Origin: Chlamydiales bacterium
Lineage (GTDB): Bacteria > Chlamydiota > Chlamydiia > Chlamydiales > JAAZZY01
NCBI GenBank assembly: GCA_965206695.1
Contig: CBDBKM010000011.1
Span: 64,001 to 128,000 of the forward strand
Direction of reading: 5' to 3'
DNA length: 64,000 nt
The number at the start of each line of letters is the position of its first letter. Position 1 is the stretch's first letter. The notes beneath the pieces were generated by a model. It made no database searches, was not told the DNA's origin, and was given only the letters and a program-made list of their open reading frames with translations. Shown one piece after another: positions 15,250 to 25,130 of this stretch. A program made the translations under genes and the position numbers.

Positions 15250-15335
15250 TTAGCCGAACTCGTACAATAACCTTTTATCTGCATAAATGGCTCCTTGAGC
15301 AGGACACATATATTCCAAGCCTTGACGGGCTTTAT
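15250..15335 (-). pseudogene. IS5-family transposase remnant
   Basis: Reads ARQGLEYMCPAQGAIYADK, homologous to the 54018-54170 remnant (CPTQGGIDADKGYC). Confidence 0.55.
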
Positions 15336-15650
15336 GCGGTTCAATAAAGATATTCAGTGAATACGCTTTTTATGACAATTAAACGAGAAAACCCACCTTT
15401 TTAAGGGTGGGATGAAAGTGTCTATTTGTTTTTTTGATTCTGTATATACTTTCTGATTGTATATTCATTTAATTTTCCAACACTATCAACATAATAAGAC
15501 CGTGTCCACAGTGTGGGTAACCTAGATCTTAAGCTTGAAAATTCTTGCCTTAATATTCGGCTTGTATATCCCTTAAGTTGTCCTATGAAAAATTGTGGCG
15601 AATATATAGGCTTGGTATTTAAAAAAATATGTACGTGATCAGGCATAATA

Positions 15651-17704
15651 TGTCTTTTCAACTATGAAGTGCAACAAACTTGTACTCTATTATAGCACAA
15701 ATTCTTCGGATTGAGAACCTCTATAGGTGTTTTAAAATTCAAACTTTTTCCGGGTCTTTCATTAAGCAGTTTTTCTATCTCTTTTACATCCTCTTGTGTC
15801 ACATTATTAAAGTTTGTTTTCTTAGGCAAATACTGTCTAACTAACCCATTCGTATGTTCATTCAACCCTCTTTCCCGGGAATGATAGGGTTTAGCAAAAT
15901 AAAACTCTGCTTTGAGTGTTGAACTTACTTCTTGATGCCGAGAAAACTCTAAACCATTATCTGCTGTTAATGTGTGAACTCTATCTTTAACAGGCTTTAT
16001 AGTCATTTAATTTTATATTGATAAGATTGCTTGATCAATGGCGAATGTAAAATTCGTAACTTTTCGTAATATCTCTCTAACTTTATTTTTCATATTAGCC
16101 CAATATTTTTCTATAGGATTTAAGTCCGGAGAATATGGAGGAAGAAACATAAGCTTACAACCGGCAGATTCTACTATTTTCCTGCTTTCCGCTGACTTGT
16201 GAAAACCGGCATTGTCAAGAATAAGAACACTACCGGGTGTAAGCTGAGGAGTCAAAACTTCCTTAAGCCAAATATTGAATAACCCGGTATTACAAGTACC
16301 TTCAAAACACATTGGAGATAAAAACTGCCCTTTAGATAGGGCTGAAATAATATTTTGCCTTATAAAGCGGTTTCCTGAAACCGCTCCAAAAACTTTTTTG
16401 CCGCGTAAGGTTCTTCCGGACTCACGAAATAAAAATTGATGAATCCCGGTTTCATCGAGATAAATTCTCTTGTCAAAGGGAATATTTTTTAAATCTTTCA
16501 TAAAAGCTTCCCGTTTCTTTTCATCTCTTTCCTTATAGCGAGTAGTTTTTTTTTTCGTGTAATTTTTAATCTTTTAAGGGCATAAAAAATCGTTTGCGGA
16601 GTGACTGAAAAATAATCAGCAATTTCCGATAAAAAATAATCCGGATGTTTTTCTACATATTTAGATAACAACTCATCATCTAATTTCTTATAAGCATATT
16701 TTCTGCGGATTGGCTTTAAATGTCCTTTTTGCTTTTTTTGCAAGATCCATCGATATATTGTTGCGATACCTACTTGAAAAATATGGCCGGCTGTTTTTTT
16801 ATCATGATGTTTTTCTATATGTTGTAATACTTTCTCTCGGAGATCTACTGAATAGGCTCTAGGCATTGTTTTGTCCTTACTGGTTGTATAAAAAAAGAAG
16901 GATAACATATTATCAAATAAAAATTAAAATACTATAAACAGGTAATTAAAGCATCGGCAACACCGAGGGCTTGTTTAGACTTTACCTTCATAAGCATCGT
17001 ATATTTAGAAGCACGATCAACAATAGAAACAATCACTCCTTGATGATTTTTGCCTATTATCGTATCTAATTCAAAATCTCCTATTCTTGTTTTTTCATCG
17101 ACAATACAAGGTCTTTTATCAATATCGACTCTATTGGGAATACAGCCTCGGCCTGCTTTATCTGAACCTCGCTTTTTATACTTCTTACCTTTGTGTCTTA
17201 AATTTTTATATAAATTGCCCCAATTTCGTTTATCTTTCCAAATATGACGATAAATACTTTCGTGGCTGATAAGCAGGCCTTCTTCTTCTTTCAATCGACC
17301 GGATATTTGAACAGGACTCCATTGAAGCAGTAATTTACTTTCTATCTTCATAAGTAGTTCAGGGGTCATTTTCTTTGTTTTACTGCTCGCTTTTGAACGC
17401 CTTCTTTTAGTTTTGATTTGTGCTGCAAAATAGATATATCTGCCTTCATAGCTATTTCTTTTTAACTCTCGATAAACAGTAGTTTTATTAACATTTAATT
17501 CCTGCGAAATAGAATCAACAGAATCTCCTCTTTTTTTTAAAGTACATATTTGGCACCTTTGTTCGTAGGTTAAATGCCGGTAGCCTTTAGGCATAAAAAA
17601 TCCCTCCATAGTTTTTTTTTGCAAAAATTTACTATAGAGATTTTGCCGGCATTTGGCCATTTTCAAATTCTTCCTATTTGTTGCACTTCAATGTTGAAAG
17701 GGCG
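15651..17704 (-). mobile_element. IS30-family element, interrupted by IS630
   Basis: 28-bp imperfect TIRs (…TTTCAACxxTGAAGTGCAACAAA), ATA target duplication; ORF parts 16932-17666 (HLTYEQR, GDFELDTIIG) and 15662-16006 (TADNGLEF, ERGLNEHTNGLVRQY). Confidence 0.95.
15998..16936 (-). mobile_element. IS630-family element (type C) copy 2, the only intact copy
   Basis: ORFs 16498-16866 and 16013-16501; TTA at codon 14; A10 run allowing -1 frameshift; TA duplication inside IS30. Confidence 0.95.
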
Positions 17705-17903
17705 ATATTCAGTTCGTTAATCTCTATATTTAGTTGTAGAGCTTTTAATTCTAATAATTCCTTTAAACGAACAACAATATCACCTTCAAGAACCTTTCTC
17801 CTATATTTAGGACACCAAATAACATGGTAACTAAGGTTAAAAACTGCTGTTTTAGAGATTTTCCATCTTTCCGGATAGACAATATATATGTACCGGACAT
17901 ATA

Positions 17904-19007
17904 ATGCAATACATGATGATCAAAAAAGCATATAAATTTAGATTCTATCCAACGAAAAAACAAAAGGAGTTGCTTGCAAAAAGCTTTGGATGTTCTAGAG
18001 TTGTATATAATCAAGCTTTAAATTTTAAGATCAAGAAATATCAGGAATACAAAGAGAATGTAAGTTATTCTAAAACATCGGCATTCTTGACAAGTCTTAA
18101 GCAAAACAAAGAGTTTCGTTGGTTAAACGAAGTTTCTTCTGTTTGTCTGCAACAAAGTCTTAGAGATCTTGATAGAGCTTTTTTAAACTTTTTTAAAAAA
18201 AGGTCAAATTTCCCTCGCTTTAAAAACAAACACAGTACGCAGGCAATACGATTAACTAAGTCAGCATTTAGTTGGGATGGGGTTAATCTTAAGATTGCAA
18301 AATCTAAAGATAGATTAAAAATACATTGGTCAAGGTGTTTTTTAGGTACACCAACAGGTATAACAATCACAAAAGACTCTTGTGACAGGTATTTTGTGAG
18401 CCTATTAGTAGAAGAAGAAGTGATCCCTTTTGAGAAGAGAAATAATTCTGTCGGTATAGATTTAGGATTAACGACATTCGCAACTCTTTCTACAGGGAAA
18501 AAGATTACGGCACCTAAACCTTTTAGATTTCATAAGAAAAGACTAAAAAGAAAACAACGTTCTCTTAGCAAAGCTAAAGTCAAAGGTAAAAACAGACTCA
18601 AAAAAAGAAGATCGGTGGCTTCGATACATTCGAAGATAAAAAATATAAGGCAGGACTTTCATCATAAACTTTCTACAAAGTTGGCTCGTGAAAACCAAAC
18701 GATCACGATAGAAGGGTTAAATATTAATAAGATGTTAAAAAATAAAAAACTTTCCAAGCATATATCGGATGCAGGATGGAGCCGGTTTTTAACATTTTTA
18801 AAGTATAAGTGTGAATGGTACGGAAGAAATATAGTGGAATTAGATCAATTTTTTGCTAGTTCAAAACTATGCTCTGCCTGCCGGTACCAAATAGAAATTT
18901 TAGATTTAAGTGTGAGAAGTTGGCAGTGTCCAAACTGCAAAGTAACACAAGATAGAGATCTTAATGCATCTATTAATCTCGATACCGCAGGGCAGTCGGT
19001 AATTTAA
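17904..19007 (+). CDS. tnpB: RNA-guided endonuclease TnpB (IS605)
   Basis: N-terminal KAYKFRFYPT...FGCSRVVYN; RuvC-I GIDLG, RuvC-II IEGL, Zn finger CSAC/CPNC, RuvC-III DRDLNASIN. Confidence 0.96.
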   Translation: MQYMMIKKAYKFRFYPTKKQKELLAKSFGCSRVVYNQALNFKIKKYQEYKENVSYSKTSAFLTSLKQNKEFRWLNEVSSVCLQQSLRDLDRAFLNFFKKRSNFPRFKNKHSTQAIRLTKSAFSWDGVNLKIAKSKDRLKIHWSRCFLGTPTGITITKDSCDRYFVSLLVEEEVIPFEKRNNSVGIDLGLTTFATLSTGKKITAPKPFRFHKKRLKRKQRSLSKAKVKGKNRLKKRRSVASIHSKIKNIRQDFHHKLSTKLARENQTITIEGLNINKMLKNKKLSKHISDAGWSRFLTFLKYKCEWYGRNIVELDQFFASSKLCSACRYQIEILDLSVRSWQCPNCKVTQDRDLNASINLDTAGQSVI

Positions 19008-19111
19008 GCCTTTGGAGATCATGTTAGACTAGCTTGTTTGTTAGCAGTGGTCGATGAATTAGGAATCCCTTCCCTTTAGGGTTGGGAGCTGTCAATTAGC
19101 ATTCAATATTT
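18960..19111 (+). ncRNA. Predicted TnpB omega-RNA (reRNA) with flanking guide TTAGCATTCAATATTT
   Basis: Overlaps tnpB 3' end and the right-end hairpin ending TCAA at 19095; 5' boundary and guide length inferred from known IS605 biology. Confidence 0.7.
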
Positions 19112-19239
19112 TAATAGATCAACTATCGTATGATTTCTTGAGTTATGTTAAAGTTGAGATTAAAGTACCTACCTTTAAAACAATAAAAAAGGATAAGCAT
19201 GATTAAGTGCAATTCCAAATTATAGTCTCAACATAAATA

Positions 19240-19765
19240 TATACTCATTCACATTGGAAGCCGAACAGAATTGAATTCCGGCAATTGAAATGTATCATTA
19301 ATTCGTGTCTTAAGCTTGTCTCTTACAATCGAAATTTTGTATTTAACCCCCCAACTCAGTAGTCGTACGGCTTGGGATTGATCATCCGGATGTCCTGCAT
19401 CAAAAAAATAGATCTCCTCACTATTTTGAAGACTAGCTTTTAATGCTTCCTACTCTTTAATAAACGGTATCTGTTTCTCTAAGTCAAGCCTATCGGGGAC
19501 ATTAACAGGACTTTTGAAAACACAATGATGATGCTTTAGCCAAGATGTCACCTACCCTGTGCTGTAGGAAATTTTATATTGTTCTAAGACATACGCACAT
19601 ACATCCTTAACCCCTCTATAATAAGTGTATTGAGAAAGATGGTTCACTCGTTCTTTCGTTTGCAGTTTAGATCATTTACCGGCTGATCCTTCTTTGGTTT
19701 CATAGGGCTTTTTTACCTGAAATTTAAAAGTGCTTCTTTGATTTGGAGTTAATTGGCTTATACAA
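19240..19765 (-). pseudogene. Deleted, decayed IS630 type D remnant
   Basis: Homologous to 47791-48805 (TATACTCATTCACATTGGAAGCC end; internal blocks). Confidence 0.8.
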
Positions 19766-19930
19766 TTTAAGCAAAGGAGGCGAGATAAAATGTCTTTTTA
19801 TCAACAAGATTGGGAAATTATAAAGCCCGCTATGACTTTAAATATGAAAAATATTTTGGCTATGTGTTAACACTATAATGCTATAAAAATAATTTTAATT
19901 ATACATGTGGCTCTACTAGAAAATCCCTAG

Positions 19931-19959
19931 TTGACAGAATCTAGCTAATGTTGCAAAAT
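19931..19959 (+). promoter_or_regulatory. Candidate sigma66 promoter of rpoD
   Basis: TTGACA-17 nt-CAAAAT upstream of rpoD. Confidence 0.45.
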
Positions 19960-20074
19960 TCTGAATAACAATCATATATGAATGTATTTTAAACATATTA
20001 TCTCTCAAGCGAGGTAAGCCTTTTAGGATATAATCCTTTTAGGCTAAGTAACCTGTATGGTATTTCCCTAATCT

Positions 20075-21745
20075 ATGACTAGCCAATCCAATCTCAATCA
20101 AGCCTTCAGTCGTCAACATCAACAGAAGATTGAGGAGTTAATCTCCCTTGCTAAAGAGCAAGGTTTTATCACTTACGAAGAAATAAATGAGATCCTTCCG
20201 ATGTCTTTTGACTCTCCTGAACAGATAGATCAAGTTCTTATTTTCTTGAGTGGAATGGACATTCAGGTCTTGAATCAGTCCGAAGTAGAGCGCCAAAAAG
20301 AGAGAAAAAAAGAAGTTAAGGAAATAGAAGGATTAGCTCGTAAAGGAGAAGGCGGCACTCCTGATGATCCGGTTCGGATGTACCTAAAGGAAATGGGCTC
20401 GGTTCCTCTTTTAACAAGAGAAGAAGAGGTCGAAATATCCAAACGTATTGAAAAAGCTCAGATTCAAATTCAGCGTATTATTATGCGTTTTCGCTATTCT
20501 ACTAGAGAAGCAATTTCAATAGCTCATTACTTGATTAGCGGGAAAGAACGTTTTGATAAGATCATTCAAGAAAAAGAAATAACCGATAAAGCGCTATACC
20601 TTAAATTATCGCCTCGTCTTTGTGAGTTTCTTAAAGAGGAAGATAAAGTCTTACAAGGCTTATTAATTCAATTACGTCAGCCTAGCTTGAAAAAGTTAGA
20701 GAAGGTCAAAATTACTGATGAAATAGAAAAATGTCGTATTCGTACTCAAGCTTTCTTAAGACAATTTCATGCGCGTTATAACATCATTGAAGACTTCGGT
20801 GAAGTCATCCATACAGCTTACGATCGATTTTTAGTTTTAGAAAAAGAGATTAAGGATTTAACACCAAGAGCTGAACGAAATAAATTTGCAGCGGCTAAGC
20901 TTGCAACTGCAAAACGAAAACTTGAGAAACATGAGCTGGCTGCCGGGCGTACTCTTGATGAATTTAAAAAAGATGTCCGTATGTTGCAGCGTTGGATGGA
21001 CAAAAGTCAGGAAGCTAAACGTGAAATGGTTGAATCTAATTTACGTTTGGTTATTTCCATCGCAAAAAAATACACCAATAGAGGCCTTTCATTTTTAGAC
21101 CTGATCCAAGAAGGTAACATGGGTCTGATGAAGGCAGTTGAAAAGTTTGAATATCGAAGAGGATATAAATTTTCTACCTATGCTACTTGGTGGATTCGAC
21201 AAGCAGTGACTAGAGCTATTGCTGACCAGGCCAGAACAATTCGTATTCCGGTTCATATGATTGAAACGATAAATAAAGTATTGCGTGCTGCTAAGAAACT
21301 AATGATGGAAACGGGGAGAGAACCTACTCCGGAAGAATTAGCTGAAGAAGTGGGTATCACACCTGAGCGGGTGCGTGAGATTTATAAGATTGCTCAACAT
21401 CCTATTTCACTACAAGCCGAGGTCGGAGATGGAGGAGAAAGTCAATTTGGTGATTTTTTAGAAGATACAGCAGTTGAATCTCCTGCAGAAGCTACAGGCT
21501 ACTCAATCTTAAAAGATAAAATGAATGAAGTGTTAGACACCTTAACAGATCGAGAGCGGACGGTTCTTATTCAGCGTTTTGGTTTATTAGACGGCAAACC
21601 CAAAACACTCGAAGAAGTGGGGGTTGAATTTAATGTTACACGAGAGCGTATACGACAAATTGAAGCTAAGGCTTTAAGAAAGATGCGTCATCCCATTCGT
21701 TCTAAACAATTGCAGGCTTTCCTTGATCTATTAGAGACCGATTAA
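20075..21745 (+). CDS. rpoD: RNA polymerase primary sigma factor (sigma66)
   Basis: [45 protein letters not shown]...[10 protein letters not shown]. Confidence 0.99.
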   Translation: MTSQSNLNQAFSRQHQQKIEELISLAKEQGFITYEEINEILPMSFDSPEQIDQVLIFLSGMDIQVLNQSEVERQKERKKEVKEIEGLARKGEGGTPDDPVRMYLKEMGSVPLLTREEEVEISKRIEKAQIQIQRIIMRFRYSTREAISIAHYLISGKERFDKIIQEKEITDKALYLKLSPRLCEFLKEEDKVLQGLLIQLRQPSLKKLEKVKITDEIEKCRIRTQAFLRQFHARYNIIEDFGEVIHTAYDRFLVLEKEIKDLTPRAERNKFAAAKLATAKRKLEKHELAAGRTLDEFKKDVRMLQRWMDKSQEAKREMVESNLRLVISIAKKYTNRGLSFLDLIQEGNMGLMKAVEKFEYRRGYKFSTYATWWIRQAVTRAIADQARTIRIPVHMIETINKVLRAAKKLMMETGREPTPEELAEEVGITPERVREIYKIAQHPISLQAEVGDGGESQFGDFLEDTAVESPAEATGYSILKDKMNEVLDTLTDRERTVLIQRFGLLDGKPKTLEEVGVEFNVTRERIRQIEAKALRKMRHPIRSKQLQAFLDLLETD

Positions 21746-21770
21746 TCCATTAATTATTCTGTGAGGATGG

Positions 21771-24002
21771 ATGTCTGGTTCAAAAAAAATTGATTTGTTT
21801 TTAGATATTGAAGAATTATTACAATTTTTTCAAGAAGATGGACCTATCGCAACTATTCTTGATAGTTATGAAAAAAGAGATGAACAGTTAGAAATGATCA
21901 AAAAGGTGGTGGATACCTATAATGATTCTGCTATATCTTTAATTGAAGCGGGTACGGGAACCGGAAAGAGTTTAGCCTACCTTTTACCTGCCATTATGTG
22001 GGCCTTGAAGTTCAAAGAGAGAACCTTAGTTTCCACTCATACCATCACACTCCAAGAGCAATTAATTAACAAAGATATTCCTTTTATTGCTAAGGCATTA
22101 GGCTTAAATTTTAAAGCATGTTTAGTTAAGGGGATGGGAAATTACCTATGCCTACGTAAATTCAAGGATATAGTGAATGAACGTAAAACCTTTAGCCAAG
22201 AAAACCAAGAAGTCATTGATCAAATCGAAGAATGGTCATGCGATACGCCTGACGGATCTTCTTCAGACATACCCTTTAAAGTTCATGGTAGCATGTGGGA
22301 ACAGGTAAATGCTGAAGCGGATGCATGTGGTAATGTAAGGTGTCCTCAATATAAAGATTGTTTTTTCTTTAAAGCTAGAAAAGAAACTCGGGATGCTCAA
22401 ATCCTCGTTGTGAACCATCATCTTCTTTTTGCAGATTTAGCTTCCAGGCAAGAAGACCAATTTTCAAATGATTCGGGTATTCTACCTAATTATGATCATA
22501 TCATTCTAGATGAGGCGCATTCTCTTGAGGGAGTTGCTACCGAATCATTGGCAGAACATGTGTCACCTAGAATGCTTTCTCGGCTATTAGCAAGGCTGGG
22601 TACCGACAAAAACCGTCAACAAGGAAAATTACAAGCTTTAAAACGTAAGATACAAGATTATTATTCAGATCATATACCTGAAGAAGCGGAAAAAATAATT
22701 ATGCGAATCGATCTTGAGCTAATTCCGGGTCGGCGTAATGTTTTAGATCAACTGGCTCAGCTTTTTCAAGAAATCGATGATTTTGCGATGCAGTTTTTAG
22801 AAGTTAAAACAGATGCTAAAGAAGGTAAGCAACATCGAATAAAAAAAATTAGAATGCTTGAGAAACATTATCAAAATAAAAGCTGGATACAGAATGTTCA
22901 ACCTCTAGTAGAAGGTACGATTGCTACTTTAAGAAACTATCAGCAATTGATTCTAGGTCTTGAACAATCAATAAAATTGTTTTTAGATGATAAACTTGAT
23001 AATAAAACAGGGGGTATTAGGTTAGATATTCAGACTGTAGGAAATCGATTAGAGTATATCTGTGACACTTTAAAAAGGTTTAGCTTTAAAGAAACTACTG
23101 AAATAGAAGATGTCCGCTGGATAGAGATGGAAAAAAACAATCCTTTTTCTATCGATTTAAAAATTGCTGTGCTCAATATAAACAATCTTCTGGTCGATAT
23201 TTTATTTCAGCGCTTTAGCTCTTTTGTTTTATGTAGCGCTACTTTAACTACCAATAAATCATTTAATTTCATCAAAAAACGTTTAGGAATTACATCTGAT
23301 TTACTTGGTGATCGGAAGATCAATAGTATCATATTGGACTCACCTTTTAATTATCAGGAGCAAGTATTAATGGTTGTTCCTAATGATTTACCTCTTCCTA
23401 ATGATCCCGCTTTTATTCCAAGGAGTTGTGAAGAAGTCTATCAAGCAATACTTGCAAGTAGGGGAAATGCTTTTATTCTTTTTACTTCCTATGGATTACT
23501 TAGTCTTTTTTATCAAAATTTGAAAAATCGTCTAGTTGACAAAGGATTTCATTTATTTAAACAAGGTGATGCAGGCAGGCATTTGCTATTAGAAAAATTT
23601 CGAGAAGAAGAGCAGTCTGTTTTATTTGGTACAGATACGTTTTGGGAGGGTGTTGATGTGGTAGGAGATGCTCTTCGACTGGTTATTATTACAAAGCTTC
23701 CTTTTCAAGTACCTAGTGAGCCTGTTATTCAAGCAAGATGTGAAAAATTAATAGATGAAGGAAAAGATCCTTTTTTTGAATACGCCGTTCCCAATGCCAT
23801 TGTTAAATTTAAGCAAGGTTTTGGCCGTCTTATCAGAAATAAAAATGATAAGGGGTGTATTTTCTGTTTAGATGCTAGGTTGATATCAAAACCCTATGGG
23901 AAGCTCTTCTTAAGAAGTCTACCGCCATGTAGAAGCAGCTTTTTAAAAGTAGAAGAACTAAAAGAAAAAATGCGTGCTTTTTTTGACAGCTCTCAACCCT
24001 AA
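21771..24002 (+). CDS. dinG: DinG/YoaA family Fe-S ATP-dependent helicase
   Basis: EAGTGTGKS, NYLC...C...C...C Fe-S ligands, DEAH, SAT, FWEGVD, QGFGRLIR. Confidence 0.93.
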   Translation: MSGSKKIDLFLDIEELLQFFQEDGPIATILDSYEKRDEQLEMIKKVVDTYNDSAISLIEAGTGTGKSLAYLLPAIMWALKFKERTLVSTHTITLQEQLINKDIPFIAKALGLNFKACLVKGMGNYLCLRKFKDIVNERKTFSQENQEVIDQIEEWSCDTPDGSSSDIPFKVHGSMWEQVNAEADACGNVRCPQYKDCFFFKARKETRDAQILVVNHHLLFADLASRQEDQFSNDSGILPNYDHIILDEAHSLEGVATESLAEHVSPRMLSRLLARLGTDKNRQQGKLQALKRKIQDYYSDHIPEEAEKIIMRIDLELIPGRRNVLDQLAQLFQEIDDFAMQFLEVKTDAKEGKQHRIKKIRMLEKHYQNKSWIQNVQPLVEGTIATLRNYQQLILGLEQSIKLFLDDKLDNKTGGIRLDIQTVGNRLEYICDTLKRFSFKETTEIEDVRWIEMEKNNPFSIDLKIAVLNINNLLVDILFQRFSSFVLCSATLTTNKSFNFIKKRLGITSDLLGDRKINSIILDSPFNYQEQVLMVVPNDLPLPNDPAFIPRSCEEVYQAILASRGNAFILFTSYGLLSLFYQNLKNRLVDKGFHLFKQGDAGRHLLLEKFREEEQSVLFGTDTFWEGVDVVGDALRLVIITKLPFQVPSEPVIQARCEKLIDEGKDPFFEYAVPNAIVKFKQGFGRLIRNKNDKGCIFCLDARLISKPYGKLFLRSLPPCRSSFLKVEELKEKMRAFFDSSQP

Positions 24003-24015
24003 AGGGAAAGGATTC

Positions 24016-24116
24016 CTCATTCACATTGGAAGCCGGACAAGCTTAAGACACGAATTAATGATAAATTTCAAGTGCCGGAACTCAATCCTGTCCGGCTTCC
24101 AATGTGAATGAGTATA
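24016..24116. repeat. Foldback MITE derived from the IS630 type D end
   Basis: 24-bp perfect inverted repeat CTCATTCACATTGGAAGCCGGACA; body is the reverse complement of 47791-47871. Confidence 0.88.
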
Positions 24117-24195
24117 TACAAAATCAAAAAAAACAAGTAGACGCTATCATCCCAATGCTAAAGCAAAGGGTTTTCTCGCTTAATTGTCATAAAGT

Positions 24196-24268
24196 TGGAG
24201 CGTAACGGGGTTGAACCGTTGACCTCAACAATGCCATTGTTGCGCTCTACCAACTGAGCTAACGCCCC
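24196..24268 (-). tRNA. tRNA-Ala(GGC)
   Basis: Cloverleaf GGGGCGT...ACGCTCC-A, G3:U70 pair, anticodon arm CAACA-ATGGCAT-TGTTG; CCA not encoded. Confidence 0.95.
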
Positions 24269-24281
24269 CAAAAAGAACACC

Positions 24282-24310
24282 ATTGTAAAGAGAACAAAGA
24301 TTTGCTTCAA
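24282..24310 (-). promoter_or_regulatory. sigma66 promoter of tRNA-Ala
   Basis: TTGAAG-17 nt-TACAAT on the minus strand just upstream of the tRNA. Confidence 0.65.
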
Positions 24311-24327
24311 GGGCAATAGAATAGGGT

Positions 24328-24849
24328 TTAATTTTCCATATTAGCCTGAAAAGTTGCAAAAGGCGCAGGCTTTTCTGCGGGTTCTTCTTTCTCCCTTTGT
24401 GGAAATAGTGGCTTAAATCCAAAATAAATAAGAGGAACAGAAGCAAAGAGATACATAAACCAGTATTTAGCATCAAATGTAAGTGTTAAAACACCATCAT
24501 AAGCGAATAAGAATAAAGCGATACCGAATAGAAATAATACCGAACCGGGAAGTAAAAGAATTAAAGGGGTTAAGGAAAGGGAGCTTTCACTTTCAATCGA
24601 TGAATATTCTTGATTATTAAAATTTTCTTCTTTTTCAAAACCATCCTTATTTTCTTCATCGATAATATTTTCCAATTGAGAGTAAGGAGGAGGAATATGA
24701 CTTTCTAATTCATCCTGAGCAGTGTGTTGGTTTTCAGGCACATCTTCTCCCGAAGAAGGGCTTAAATCAACACCGCAATAAGGGCATTGCAATTCATAGA
24801 TATGAACATACCCTTCACAATTCCAACAGATTTTTTTATGTCCCTTCAT
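24328..24849 (-). CDS. Conserved chlamydial membrane protein with N-terminal zinc ribbon (CT556-like)
   Basis: CWNC...CPYC, acidic linker, two TM helices; divergent from lpdA as in Chlamydia synteny. Confidence 0.75.
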   Translation of the reverse strand: MKGHKKICWNCEGYVHIYELQCPYCGVDLSPSSGEDVPENQHTAQDELESHIPPPYSQLENIIDEENKDGFEKEENFNNQEYSSIESESSLSLTPLILLLPGSVLFLFGIALFLFAYDGVLTLTFDAKYWFMYLFASVPLIYFGFKPLFPQREKEEPAEKPAPFATFQANMEN

Positions 24850-25130
24850 ATGTTATCCTCCTAATTTAAGGAATAAAGATTCTATGTCGAATATATCATT
24901 TTCTTGCAAGATTCTTTTTTAAAAGACTCTTTATAAGAAGTAAACACGAGAATTAATAGAATCACTCTAATATTCTTCTTTCTTGTTCTTTTTTTCATTA
25001 AGCTCTAGACTATATGCTATATCCATATATATTATCGAATGCTTGCTTAATCCGGATTACTTATTTATATTATTGATAAGCAAAATTATAATAGATTAAC
25101 TTTATAAAAAACAGTTAAGGGCGTATTTCT

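Larger units (their letters stand above)
15422..17880 (-). pseudogene. tnpA: IS200/IS605 Y1 transposase TnpA, split by IS30
   Basis: 5' part (17705-17880) VFNLSYHVIWCPKYRRKVL...ELNI; 3' part (15422-15650) MPDHVHIF...LWTRSYYV...IRKYIQNQ; removing IS30 and one ATA restores ELNIMPDHVH in frame. Confidence 0.92.
15374..19095. mobile_element. IS200/IS605-family element (divergent tnpA/tnpB), tnpA interrupted by nested IS30/IS630
   Basis: Left-end hairpin AAAA-CCCACCTTTTTAAGGGTGGG after TTTAT; right-end GAAT-CCCTTCCCTTTAGGGTTGGGAG...TCAA. Confidence 0.9.

Noticed and set aside
17904..19240. TnpB as a Cas12f/CRISPR effector or nuclease-dead TldR
   Set aside because: No repeat-spacer array anywhere in the window; IS605 ends and tnpA are present; catalytic residues are intact.
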